A stretch of 64,000 nt of DNA from Okamejei kenojei (taxonomy: Eukaryota), in the NCBI GenBank assembly GCA_035221665.1, contig JAVHYY010000112.1:558001-622000 (forward strand), in the 5' to 3' direction. The notes beneath the pieces were generated by a model that ran no database searches, had not been told where the DNA came from, and saw only the letters and a list, made by a program, of their open reading frames with translations. The position numbers and the translations under genes are program-made. Shown one piece after another: positions 24,788-37,299 of the stretch (position 1 is its first letter; each line of letters opens with the position of its first letter).

Positions 24788-27700
24788 TCAAATCATATCA
24801 ACTTTATAATTTTCAGTCGTGGAATATAAGACAGAAACTATCGGTAATGCGTAAGATTTGAACCATGTTTTAATTAGATTGAATGGGTATTGAACAGCGC
24901 CCTTCAATTGTCTTCTGAACTTAATTTGCGTCCCCGCGTAAATGCACGAGTTGGTGCAAGAACTGAGAAGCTCCAGCATGTATCCGCTTTCCTGTAGGAT
25001 AAACTTTGGGTCAGCGGAATTGGAGCCGCTGGCATAGTTATTGCTGGTCAATTGCACAAACAGAAAATTCACGACATACGTCAATCGCAGCAGGAGAAAA
25101 CTACCCGATATCGCCATGAGTAAAATGATAGACTTTCTCCTGTTCTCCATCTCCGTGTCATTCTGTCGGTCTCCATTGCTCTGGGCCCGGAGCCTCCTGC
25201 GGGCTTTATTCGCCGTTAGGATGTATCTGATCGTCAGAACATTGAGCAGAAAAATGAGAAGGAACGGGACACATGGGTTTAACATCCGGTGCAGCCAGTC
25301 ATATACCCTCCATGCAATGGAAGAGTAGTACATTTCGTTTATCGTGCAGAACCAGGGCACGTTATCAACCACGTACACTGGCTCGTATATAAAGTAAGAA
25401 GGGACGTTTTTGAAACAACCCACCGCACATACAGTTGCAATAACGGCTGCCGCGGTTTTTTCCGTGCAATATCTAAGCTTCCGTCGGTGACAGCAAATGG
25501 CGATGAATCGATCGAAAGTGAAGGCGACGGTCAACCAAACAGACGTGTCCTTGGATGCCCAGCTGAGGAGAATAATAAGTTTGCAGGCGGGAATGGTGGA
25601 CAAAAAACTAACAGGGAAATAAATAGCACGTAGCCGACTCAGTATCACTGCGGTGATAATAACGAGGAGATCCGTCACCGCCATGAATACAAGGTAGCGG
25701 GTGATACACTTCGTGAGGCCGCATCTTCCTTGCGCCAGGATCACAATGGTCAACGCGTTCGCTGTTTGAAAGAGATGAAGAGATAGAAAATCCAGTAAAA
25801 TTGCTCTTAAATAACAGAGAGAAAGAAATAAGGCTTAAAAGGAAATTAAGGCGTGGAATTTCAAAACGAACAATATTGGCAATAATGTGCAGGGAGGAAT
25901 TGCAGATGCTGGTTTAAACCGAAAGAAGACACACAATGCTGGAGTAACTCTGCGGGACAGGCAGCATCTCTGGAGTGGAATTCCAGATATGCTGCCTGTT
26001 CCGCTGTGTTACTCCAGCACTTTGTGTCTAATATTGGCAAAACGCCTGGCGAGAGTTATAATCGTCTGCGACTTAACTTCAAGTGAATTTACAGAAGCTT
26101 ACAAAACCACTCATAGTAGTATTTAAAGGACACGAGGGTCTGCACATCAATGGTATTGTGAAGCGTATGATCGGAAAGGGCACACCAGATCACAGGAGAT
26201 CACATGTTTAAGAAGGTACTGCAGATGCTGGAAAATCGAAGGGAGACAAAAATACCAGAGAAACTCAGCGGGTGAGGCAGCATCTGTGGAGCGAAGGAAA
26301 TAGGCAACGTTTCGGGTCTGAAGAAGGGTTTCGGCCCGTTACCTATTTCCTTCGCTTCATAGATGCTGCCTCACCTGCTGAGTTTCTCCAGCATTTTTGT
26401 CGACAGGAGTTCACATGATTGATTGTAGTGATGTTCATTCTCGTGGAGGACAGTAAGTTTTGCAAAGGTAATACAACTTGAAAATTCTTCCGGCATTTAC
26501 TATGCGCAGTTATGCGGACGAGTGATGAGTCCACACGGGGAACGAACATGAAAAACGCATTGTATCCATGGAATCATTTAGCCAAAGCCAAGCGGAAAAT
26601 CCCAGTGCTACATTTCGTCTGAAGAAATGACAGATCGCTCAGTACTCAGCAAAGACAGAAATATAGAAGCGCGAAATGCACTGAATAATTGCGCTCAATG
26701 CACGTTGTATTTGCATACGAGCAAAAGAACGTTCACTCTCATACAAAAGCTGGAAAAAAGTTATTTTTCTGTCTCACTGTCGACCTTTACTGCCACACGA
26801 TGTTAAGCACGGAAATGCATTATCACGATAACCAATTACTGCAGAACATCAGCGGCAGCATTATCGGTCTGAATATCATCAATGAAATATAATTAATACA
26901 AAATGTCTTCAATCAGGAAACACCCGCGGAATGGGAACCGGAAAGGCATGCACGTATATACAATTAAGGAGAAGTAATGTTAGTGTCGGTTATTGGTTTA
27001 ATAAATTTGCATTTATGGTTCAATACTATTCTTAATTTGTTTATTAAACGCCATTGCCAAATCCAAAAGATAGATGCATATATTAAATGCCGCAAAGCAG
27101 GATACTCTGAGTGAGCCCTTCTGGAGGTGCAACCAAAAAAAACGATCTGATCCAGGAAAGAGTACAAAATTAACGGTTTAAACGGTTTAAGGCTCCGTAT
27201 CTTGTCACTTTAGTTTCGTTTACGTTTTAGTTTAGTTTAGTTTAGTTTACTACTCCATGTACCGTTGAAAAGTGAAAAGGCTTTTTTTGTTTGCGCGGTA
27301 TGGCGTCAGCAGAAGTACTAAACATAATTGAAATCAAGCCGTTCACGAAGTGCAGCTACAAGATGAAGAGCATAACGGTTAGTGCAATAAAAAGTCCAAT
27401 AATGTCCGATCATTGGTAGTGTCCGATTAAAATGCAGTCCAATTAATTATTATGACAGGATATATACCGTTATAGAATTACAAGCATTAGACAAATGCTG
27501 CGCTCGATGTTAGCTGATCAGTGCAGTGTAGAGGAAACCAGCGTGGGCATAGAGTCATACAGTGTGGAAACAGGCCCTTCGACCCAACTCGCCCACACCG
27601 GCCATCAATGTCCCAGCAACCCGAGTCCCACTTGATTGCGCTTGGTCCAAACCAGTCCTGTTCATGTACCTGTCCAACTGTTTCTTAAACGACTAGGTAG

Positions 27701-29509
27701 TTCCAGCCTCAACTACCTCCTCTGGCAGCCTGTTCCATACACCCACCATCCACTGTGTGAAAAAGTTACCTCTCGGATTCCTAGTAAATATTTTCCCCTT
27801 CACCTTGAACCTATGTCATCTGGTCCTCGATTCCCCTACTGTGGGTAAAAGACCCGGTAAAAGACATCTACCCGATCTATTCCTCTCATGATTTTATACT
27901 CCTCTATAGAATCTCCCCTACTCGTCCTACGCTCTATGGGATATAGACCCAGCCTACTCAACCTCTCCCTAAAGCTCACACATTCTAGTCCTGGCAATAT
28001 CCTCGTATATCCTTTCTGAACCCTTTCAAGCTGACGATACATTTCCTATAACATGGTGCCCAGAACTGAACACAACATGCTAAATGCCGTCTCACCAAAG
28101 TCGTATACAACTGCAACATGACATCCCAATTATATATTCAATACTCTGACTGATGAAGGCCACAGTGCCAAAAGCCTTTTTGAACACCTTATCAACCTGC
28201 GACTCGACCTTCATGGAAGCATGTACTTGTGCTCCTAGATCCACTGCTCTATAACACTACCCAGCCTACCATTTACTGCGTAGGTCCTACACTTGCTTAC
28301 GTCCCAAAATGCAAAACCTCACACTTCTCTGTATTACATTGCATCAACCATTCCTCAGCCCACCTGGCCAATCGATCCAAATCCTGCTGCAGTCTTTCAC
28401 AACCATCTTCACTAATTGTTGCTAATCTTACACTCTATGTTCTCATCCAAATCATAGATGACAAACAGTAACGGGCCCAACCCTGTGGCACACCACTAAT
28501 CGCAGGCCTCCATTCTGAGATGCAACCTTCCACCACCACCCTCTACTTCCTCCCATGGAGCCAATTTGCGTTCCATTCAGCTATCTCTCCTTGAATGCCG
28601 TAAGATCTAACCTTCCAGAACAGCCTACCATGCTGCGCCTTGTCGAACGCCTTAATATAGTCCTTCTACACGACATGTACACTTACTGCCTTCAGCGTTT
28701 TTGCTCGCCTCTTCAAAAAACTCAATCAGATTTGTGAGACAGAACCTCCCATGTAGAAATCCATGCTCACTGTCCCGAATCAGCCCTTGACATCCAAATG
28801 CCTGTATATCATATCCCTCGGAATACTCTCCAGTAATATACGAACTACAGATGATAATCTCACCGGCCTCTATATCCCAACATTTTCCTTCCAGCCCTTC
28901 GACAAAAGAGGCACAACATTTGCCACCCTACAATCCTCCAGCATCTCTGCTGTATTTAAGGACGTTTCATAAATTTCAACCAGGGCTCCCGCAATGTCCT
29001 CTCTAGTTTCTCGCAGAGCCCGCGGATGTATCTGATCAGGCCCTGGATATTTGTCTACCTTCAAACACGACAGTACCTTCAGTACTTCCTCGACGATTAC
29101 CCTGGCTGCTCTTCTAAATAGATCTGTAAATAGTTAAGAAATAGTTAAAATATGTTCATGGCACCTCGAGAACATCGATAGATTTTAGTAGATTTTGAGC
29201 AAATAAAACAACGTAAAATAGGTAAATATTCAAACAATGAGATCTGAAGCATTATTGTGGCATCGTCGGTTTTATGTTAGGTATCGATTCCATATCAAGT
29301 CTTCAGGGATCACCGCGGAGGCACGATGGTAGGAAGTGTACAATAGCCATGCTGTGCATGGTAAGGAGGCAAAACATATAATTAACACAAAGTTAAATAT
29401 GCTACTTTGGACTGATCGTCCTCAATCGTCAAACGTTACCTGGAACACCGAAAGCTGCAAGAGCAGAATAGTAAACTGCAAAAACCAGGCCATTCCCAGG
29501 CGCGTGCAT
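24788..29509 (-). CDS. Intact two-exon GPR139-like class A GPCR (347 aa): exon 1 29509-29440, exon 2 25761-24788
   Basis: Exon 1 MHAPGNGLVFAVYYSALAAFGVP + G|GTAAC. Acceptor AAACAG continues in frame as ANALTIVIL..CGLTKCITRYL..MAVTDL, FTFDRFIAIC, ECL2 PWFC, TM7 LSSCTNSCIY. No stops. Confidence 0.9.
25883..26029. mobile_element. Fold-back Penelope-derived mini-element with 11-bp TSD (intronic)
   Basis: TSD AATATTGGCAA at 25872-25882 and 26030-26040; inverted arms. Confidence 0.75.
26207..26402. mobile_element. Fold-back Penelope-derived mini-element with 15-bp TSD and a partial hammerhead core in the loop
   Basis: TSD ACAGGAG(A/T)TCACATG at 26192-26206 and 26403-26417; about 65-bp inverted arms; CTGAAGAAGGGTTTCGGCCCG in the loop. 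Confidence 0.8.
27550..29110 (-). mobile_element. Degenerate CR1 LINE (intronic)
   Basis: KVDKYPGPDQIHPR, LERVQKGYTRILPGL, CR1 3' tail. Confidence 0.85.
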
Positions 29510-29567
29510 TTTCCTTGTGAACGCAGTGCTGATCACTTGCACTCTGAAGCAAGCACCTTGCCCCATC

Positions 29568-29575
29568 TATTTATG
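29568..29575 (-). promoter_or_regulatory. TATA-like box of the intact GPCR
   Basis: CATAAATA about 60 bp upstream of the ATG; similarly placed TATA motifs precede two paralogous first exons. Confidence 0.5.
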
Positions 29576-29844
29576 CCAGGCGGCCGTCCCTGGGGTGGCT
29601 GTTGCCATGGATCATTAGTGTTGTTAGCCACAATTCTCCGAACAAATAGATTCTCGCTGTTTTTAGTGCTGATCCGAATTAATCGACTAGAAAACTCTTA
29701 CAGCAATGATAACCGTGTTTGAAGACGTTTTGGATATTTTAGTGTATAAATGCAAATCGTATGTGTAAGAAGGAAAAACGGCTGCTGGTTTAAACCGAAG
29801 ATATACATAAAACGCTGGAGTTACTCAGTGGGACAGACAATACC

Positions 29845-30175
29845 TTAGTTTAGTTTAGTTTGGTTTGGAGAGACAGCGCGGAAACAGGCCCATCCGCCCA
29901 ACAGGTCCGCGCCGACCAGCGATCCCTGCACATCAACATATTGCCACTATCCAACACCCAATAGGAACAATATTTAAATTCACTAAGCCAATTAACCAAC
30001 ACACCTGTACGTCTTTGGAGTGTGGAGGTAACCGATGATATCGGAGATAATCCACGCAGGTGACGGGGAAAGCATACATGCTCCGTACAGACAGCACCCG
30101 TAGTCGGAATCCAACCCGGGTCTCCGGCGCTGCATTCGATGTAAGGCAGCTACTTTACCACTGCGCCACCGTGAC
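29845..30175 (-). mobile_element. tRNA-derived V-SINE (HE1-like)
   Basis: tRNA-like head (CACGGTGGCGCAGTGGTAAAG), V-domain-like core, (CTAAA)n tail. Confidence 0.75.
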
Positions 30176-30469
30176 CAGCATCTTCTCTGGAGAGAAGGGG
30201 TGTGTGACGTTTCGTGTCAGGCCCTTCTTCAGCCAGACATTGCCTAATGTAAATCATATCATAATTTAAGCACAAATTAAGAAGATGTTATGGATTACAA
30301 TAAGAATTTCGCATGAAAGAAAAAAAATTACAAGCGAAGCTAAACCATGTTGGGTGTAAAAAGACGCGGAGGTGCGCTTACTAAATTGGTTTAAGAGTCA
30401 AAACGTAAAGGTGAACAGTTGTTTATCGGACCGGAGGGAAGTTTTCAGTGCCGCCACCTTTAGTGTTGT

Positions 30470-30830
30470 GTTAAGGGGTTGGACAGACTAGATGCAGGAA
30501 GATTGTTCCAGATTTTGGGGAAGTCCAGAACAAGGGGTCACTGTTTAAGGATCAGGCGGAAATTTTTTACGACCGAGATGAGAAATTCATTTTTCACACC
30601 GAGAGTGGTGAATCTGTGGAATTCTCTGCAACATAAGGTAGCTGAAGCCAGTTAATTGGCTATATTTAAGGAGTGAGATGTGACCCTTGTGGCTAAAAGC
30701 ATCAAGTGGTATGGAGAGAAGGCAGGTGCAGGATACTGAGTTGGATGATCAGCCATGATCATATTGAATGGTGGTGTAGTCTCGAACGGCCAATGGCCTA
30801 CTCCTGCACCTATTTATTATGTTTCTATGA
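30470..30830 (+). mobile_element. CR1 3' fragment
   Basis: Homologous to the young CR1 tails at 38111 and 44833. Confidence 0.8.
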
Positions 30831-31279
30831 TAAGAACCTTTCTTCTTGCTTTCGTACTTGCCAATGACTAGCCTTTAGCCTCACACGACTAATATATAGG
30901 AGGCGAAAAAACGCACGGACACGGTCGATATTCTTTCTGTCTAAATAACTGCTAATCCGATAATGTATTAGGTCCATGATTTCTCTCGAGTACGGATTAC
31001 AGGTCGAAGAAGGACTGAGAGTTGCACCACAGAAAAGAGTACGTTGGTCAAATCAGTGCGTACTGTCCCACAACCAGTATTCTACCCTAATCCTCCATTG
31101 ATCCCGATATCCCTACATTCCAGTTTTCATTTCGCAACCGTCCCTTCTCGAAACAGCAATGCCTAATCAGCTTGCCGGAGCGCAGACAGAATAATATCGG
31201 AGGAAACAGTAGCGCCCAGAAGAACCCCAAGTGGCTAAGGAAACAATGTAGAAATATGAATTAAGCACTACACAACGCT

Positions 31280-31860
31280 GAGGCAGAAGGTTCAACAGGT
31301 TCACAATTTTCTGGGTGAAAAAGATTGTTCTCATCTAGTTTCTAAATGGCCTACCCCTCATTCTTAAACTATGGCTCCTGGTTTTGGCCTCCGCCAACAA
31401 AATCGTTATGATCTTTCCTGCCTCCACCGTGTCCAATCCCTTAATAAGCTTATACGTTTCAATAAGATGCCCACTCATTCTTCTGAATTCCACGGTTAAC
31501 AAGCCCAGTCGCTCCATTCTTTCAACATATGACAGTCCCACCGTCCCGGGAATTACCTGGTGAACCTACGCTGCACTCCCTCAATAGCAGGAATATCCTT
31601 CCTCAAATTTGGAGACGAAAACTGCACACAACACTCCAGGTGTGGTCGCACTAGGGCCCTGTATAGCTGTAGAAGGACATCTTTGCTCCAATACTCAACT
31701 GCTCTTGTTATGCACGCCAACACACCAATCGCGATCTACATTGCCTGCTATACCTGCATGCGTACTTTCAGTGACTGATGAATAAGGACATCCAGATCAC
31801 GTTGTACTTCCATTTTCCTAACATGGCACCATTCAGATACCAATGTACCTTCCTGTTTTA
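31280..31860 (-). mobile_element. CR1 3' fragment
   Basis: GLSYVERMERLGLLTVEFRRM motif. Confidence 0.8.
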
Positions 31861-31864
31861 GCGC

Positions 31865-32572
31865 TGTGTTTCTAGTGCTGTGGCGGTTCTCCTCCAGCTG
31901 CACCACAGGGATGGCCCACTTCGCAGATAAAAGCTACGCATGCCTAACGCATAGTCAGTTTCATCGAAAGGTAGTGTTCCGGTTACTTACCATGAAAGAG
32001 CATGACCTTCCTGCCTGGTTTGTGTACCTGGGATTCCACTCTTCGACTATGGATGCGGCTCTCAGCAGCATCTCTTGTAAATCACGTAGCTCTCACTCCC
32101 CATTCCACACTCGTAACAAGGGCACAATCGTTCCTGTCCTCACCTTCTACCCTACCAGCCGTCACATGCAATAGATAATCCTCCGACATTTTCGTCACAT
32201 GGAACGGGATCCCAGCACTGGCCAAATCTTTCCATCTCTTCCCTGTCCAATTTGTCCCTTCCCACAAAAAAACACCCTCTCCCCGGTTTTTCCCATGCAG
32301 CAGCATAAACATGCTTCACTTGTCGCTTTACCTTCCTATTGACTCCAGTCTTTCAAGGTCCGGCAGAGGTTCACCTGCACCTTCTCAACCTCATCTATTG
32401 CATCCGCTGCTCTATGTGTCAGCTGCTCTACATCGGTGAGAACAAGTGTAGGCTTGGGGATCGCTTCGTCCAACAGATTCGCTAAGCTCGCAATTCCCAC
32501 CCAGTTTTCCCGGTGACTCAGTACTTCAACTCCCCCTCTCATTCTGAATCCGACATTTCTCCACCATGGGCA
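31865..32572 (+). mobile_element. Penelope-like element fragment (RT C-terminus and GIY-YIG endonuclease)
   Basis: RQRFTCT..., LIYCIRC, LLYIGENKCRLGDRF in broken frames. Confidence 0.75.
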
Positions 32573-32639
32573 AGGCCAGTTCATCATCGAGAGCATCGAA
32601 CCCGCCGACCCGGCGGTGTATTATTGCGCGACATATGTA
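32573..32639 (+). pseudogene. V segment 5, 3' remnant
   Basis: GQFIIESIEPADPAVYYCATYV followed by a 23-RSS; 5' part replaced by the Penelope fragment. Confidence 0.85.
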
Positions 32640-32678
32640 CACACTGAAAGAAACCGCGGGGGGCCCCACACAAAAACG
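32640..32678 (+). other. 23-RSS of V5
   Basis: CACACTG + 23 nt + ACAAAAACG. Confidence 0.88.
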
Positions 32679-32720
32679 TTTCTCCTGTTTACAGCTGCTG
32701 CCGGCCCTGATAGCGCCGGT

Positions 32721-32759
32721 TGTTTTTGTGCAGGGACAGCCAAACTACTTGCCTCCGTG
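32721..32759 (-). other. 23-RSS of V6
   Basis: CACGGAG + 23 nt + ACAAAAACA. Confidence 0.8.
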
Positions 32760-33048
32760 GGACTCAACCCGCCGTCAAACACCACGGAGTCTCCCAGCTG
32801 CGTTCCAGACATTGTTCGCGAGATGGTTAACTTCGAAAGATCAAGCGGCGTCGAAAACCGTGTCCCTGTATGTTTCGCCACCTCGCTATACTTGTGTAGG
32901 AGCAGAGGAAATACTATGGAGTCACCGGAAATCTGTCGGTAACAGAATATATTCGGCTGGGTGCTGATAGTTGTGTAATAGCAGTGGATCTGGATATCGG
33001 CCCCTTCATTTGCACTGATGGCAGACGCGTTCTGTTGCACGTAGTCTC
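32760..33048 (-). pseudogene. TCR V segment 6 (alpha-like), open frame but core Trp and second Cys lost
   Basis: GDYVQQNASAISANEGADIQIHCYYTT..NIFCYRQ...RFSTPLDLSKLTISRTMSGTQLGDSVVFDGGLS; leader not identified. Confidence 0.82.
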
Positions 33049-33099
33049 CTGTACCGTACAAATTAATGAAAGAATGAATGAATATGTTTACTGGCCAAG

Positions 33100-33960
33100 C
33101 ATTCACATAAAAAGAATTTGCCTTGGTGCTACGCCCGCAAGTGCCAACATGACATGCAGTGACAGTTAATAATGCCACATAAAATATTAAACATTAATAA
33201 AAAAACATTATCGATTAGACGTGTGAATTAAATAAAATACCGGAGCAAAAGGAGGCTACAGATTATTGAGTAGAGCTACTGGTTATTGAGTAGAGCTACT
33301 ACTCGTGGGAAAAAAAACTGTGTTTATGCCTGGCTGTGGCTGCTTTGAGTTTCCGGAGTCGCCTTCCAAAGTGATATAAAGAATTTGTGGTCAGCATGAG
33401 AGGGGTCAGAGATGATCTTTCCCGCTCGCTTCCTGGCCTTTGCAGTGCACAATTCGTCAATGGAGGTAAGGTTGCAGACAATAACCTTCTCTGATCGGAC
33501 GAATCGCTGCAGGCTCCTGATGTCGTGCTTGGTGGCTGAGCCAAACCAGGCCATGATGGAGAAGGTGAGGACAGACTCTGCCTTGGCCATAGAGAATTGG
33601 ACTATCATTGCCCGTGGCAGATTGTACTTCCTCATCTGCCGTAGTAGGTACATCCTCCGTTGTGCCCTTTTGTCTGTGGATTCGATGGTAGCGTCCCATT
33701 TATGGTTCTTGGATATTATTGTTCCCAGGAACTTAAAAGACTCCACAGATGGGACGGCGGTTTGTTAATGATGAGTGGGATGAGGGGAGGAGGAGCTCTC
33801 CTAAAGTCCACAATCAATGTCACTGTCTTATGAGCATTCAGCGATGGCACCAAGCGCCAACTGTGTCATTTCCTGTCTGTAGGCAGATTCCTCCACATCC
33901 TGGATCGGTACAATGAGGCTTGTGTCATCCAGGTGGTACAGGGACATAGATTATAGCCAA
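33100..33960 (-). mobile_element. Rex1/Babar-like LINE 3' part
   Basis: YADDT-like ..PDDTS, ESFKFLGTIIS...KRAQRRMYLLRQMRK...ESVLTFSIMAWFGS. Confidence 0.7.
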
Positions 33961-34429
33961 CAATGTCACTTCGGCTGCTCACCGGGAAAACATAGAGACA
34001 TAGAAAATAGGTGCAGGAGGAGGCCATTCGGCCCTTCGAACCAGTACCGCGGGCTCGAAACCATTTACAGTGTGTTGTTCTTTGAAATACGAAGTTATTT
34101 CGAACAATAAACATTCGAATTATAGATCTAAACAATCGATGAACTCAGTGCACAGGAGAACCAGCGTTGTGAGTAATGAAGAATTATTCTTTAATTTATT
34201 CAATAATTGTGTTCCATGTCTGAAATGTGATATAGGCAGAAGTTGCTATAGGTGTTATTTCACTCTTGTCACGTGCCGTGTTGAAATGAAAACATTGTTT
34301 TGCGTGCCATCTAGTTGAACCATCCATTCATGATTACAAAATACCTGCAGAATATAGCGTCACCGCCTCAGAGAGCGTTCAGATGTAATAGATTTTCAAG
34401 GGGCGCATCTAAGATAGAATAAATGGGAG

Positions 34430-35610
34430 GTTATTTAAGAGTGAGGTGACAAAAAACTTTTCACCCTGAGAGTTGTGAATTTATGGAATTCCCTGCCACA
34501 GTGGAGTGGGGGCCATGTCACTGGATGTATTTAAGAGAGAGTTAGATAGAGCTATCGGGGTTAGTGGAGTCAAAGGATATGGGCAGAAGGCAGGCTCGGG
34601 TTATTGATGTGGGGCGATCAGCCATGGCCGCAATGAATGGCGGTGCTGCCTCGAGGGGCCGAATGGCCTCCTTCTGCACCTATTTTTTATGTTTCTATGT
34701 TTCTATGACAGAGTGGGTGGGCGTTCGTAAAAAAACGCCCCGCTGTTAAACGCAACCGTGACTTGAAAATATATCAACGGCCTTCTTTCATTAATTTGCA
34801 TAAATGTGAAGTTATCCACTTTGGTAGCAAATACAAGAAGACAGATTATTATCTAAATGGTATCAAATTGGGAAAAGGGGAAGTACAACGGGATCTGGGG
34901 TTCGTTGTTCATTAGTCAATGCCAGTAATCATGCAGCTACAGCGGGCAGTGAAGAATACGAATGGCATGCTGGCCTTCATAACAAGAGTATAGGAACAAA
35001 GAGGACCTTCTGTAGTTGTATAAGGCCCTAGTGAGACCATATTTTGAGTAATGTGTGCAGTTTTGGTCCCCTAATTTGAGGAAGGACATGGTTGCTATTC
35101 AACGAGTGCCGTGTATGTTTATAAGGTTTATTCCGGGATGGCGGGAATGTCATCTGCTGTGAGAATGGAACGACTGAGCTTGTCTACTCTGGAATTTAGA
35201 AGGATGAGAGGGAATCTTACCGAAACATGTAAGATTATTAAGGGTTTGGACACGCTGGAGGCAGGAAACATGTTCCCGATGTTAGAGGAGTCCAGAACCA
35301 GGGGTCACAGTTTAAGAATACGGGGTAAGCCATTTGGAACGGAAATGAGGAAACACTTTTTTTACACAATGATTTGTGAGTATGTGGAATTATCTGCTTC
35401 AGACGGCGGTGGAGGCCAGTTCTCTGGATACTTTCAGGAGAACGCTAGATAGGGCTCTTAACGATATAGGGAGACGGGGATCTGGGGAGAAGGCATGAAC
35501 CGGGTACTGATTGGGAATGATCAGCCATGATCACATTGAATGGCGGTGCTGGCGCGAAGTGCCGAACGGCCAACCCCACCACCTATTGTCCATTGTTTAT
35601 TGTCTATTGT
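34430..35610 (+). mobile_element. Two CR1 3' fragments
   Basis: RMERLSLSTLEFRRMRG motif; (TTTCTATG) and (ATTGTCT) tails. Confidence 0.85.
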
Positions 35611-37299
35611 CCACCCTCCCACATACCCTCCTGATTGTGTGACCAATGCTGTGCTTCTGAAAACGGCGATTTGAACATTACGGTTCGTCATCTATGTCAA
35701 CGGTTGGGAAGTAAAGATAATGATGAATACGTTTGAGCCTAACACATGAATTGGCGGTGTTGGGCGGCTTAAACAGGGAAATCAAAGGAACAGAGACGGA
35801 TCATGAGCAACTGGAAAAAAAAATCTAATGGATAACTAATGGAATTTATGTGCTATGAGTTGCATAATTGTAATTAAATCAGGGGAAGACCGACTCAATA
35901 AATAGCAGGACCCCGGGTAATGCTGTGGAACATTGGGACGAAGGGGTACAGGTGTATATAATTTCATGAATGAAGCTACAAAGATAGACAAAATGTCCTA
36001 GATAAATTAATTGGCCTGATTTCCTTCATCTTTCTTCCCACTGCGTACAAGAATAAGTTGGAACATCTTGTTCTAGTGGCGCAAGAGGTGAGTCCACATC
36101 GGGAGTTTTCTGATCAGTTCAGGTCATCTTCGGCTAATTTTGTTAACACTTATGCAAACTGCATTTCAGTCGCCCCCTCCGCTCCGGGAACCAAAGAGTT
36201 TCTGTGTAGCAACGCACCAATATTTTGCCCAATGCATGCACCAAAAAGCCCTCTCCTTGGGATACTTAGTGTGGATATGATGGACGGCAGTTCAATACCA
36301 ACCAGGTTAATGCTGCGGCAAATATCCCCGAATGTCGAGTACAGGTGATAACCTACTACTTCGTATCTATGTTGTGTTGATTTTCACACCCGTGCCGATC
36401 CTGCTGCGATGTTTCCATCCACTCTATGAAGGCCATTTCATTTGAATACATATTTCTGAAAATGCACATCAGCCATTATCGTCAGTTAATTATTTATTTG
36501 TGTTCTTATATTTAAGTTGCCAGTTTATTTTGTTTCTTCACGTTTTATTTCATCGAGTGACGTTCCTTTTTAGTAGTTTGTTGTGAAGCGGCTCCCTCAG
36601 AAAATCGTGGGAAGTTATTTGTCATCCAGGAATGAAAGGTACAAGAGTGCTGATGGGAAATCGATCTTTCCGCGATTTACATGGATGCACACTCACGCAT
36701 GTACGCACGAACGTCATCGCTTAGTTAGACAAACATTGTGCGCAATGATGCTTTTTAATCAAAGTCAACTGATGAGCCTTCGCCCCTCGGCCACCGACCA
36801 TTGAACGAAACACACAGGAATCTATGCAGGTATTTGAATTGTTAAAAGTTCTGTTCTCAAATGTAAAGCAATCAACGATCAGTTAATCTAACAAGATAAT
36901 TCCATCTCTGTTTTAATGGACCGTTAACAAACAAAGAGGCATTGTAGACAAGACAGAAACGCGCAATGTGACTTGCTGGAAGGCTTGACAAGAAAATTTA
37001 ACGGCTCAGGATGTATGAGAAGAGGAAATATAGGGGAATCAATGTCCATAGGTTTCGTTCATGGCGCATGATTACACGGCAGACCTATATGGGAAGGAAA
37101 GTGTAGCCTCGGTAATGCTTACATAGGGTGCCCAGAGGTCGATGTGGGTATTACGAATACACTGTAGGACTTATGTCGGAGAATTAATAACATGTGCGGA
37201 GTTAAATGTTGGCCAAGCCACTTAGGGAAGCTTGACCAGACAGGGCCATGTTGATTTGGGTTCTGATACAATACGAAGCTCGATTAACTATATCCGAAT

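Noticed and set aside
24788-29509. Assigning the gene symbol GPR139
   Set aside because: It belongs to a multi-copy paralog family; orthology cannot be shown from sequence alone.
34304-34317. CTCF-like CAACTAGATGGCAC on the minus strand upstream of V6
   Set aside because: Lies in what looks like a decayed repeat tail; may be chance.
36190-36460. Possible decayed minus-strand V (GYHLY..., KYWCVA, CACAGAA)
   Set aside because: No consistent frame, no WYRQ and no nonamer.
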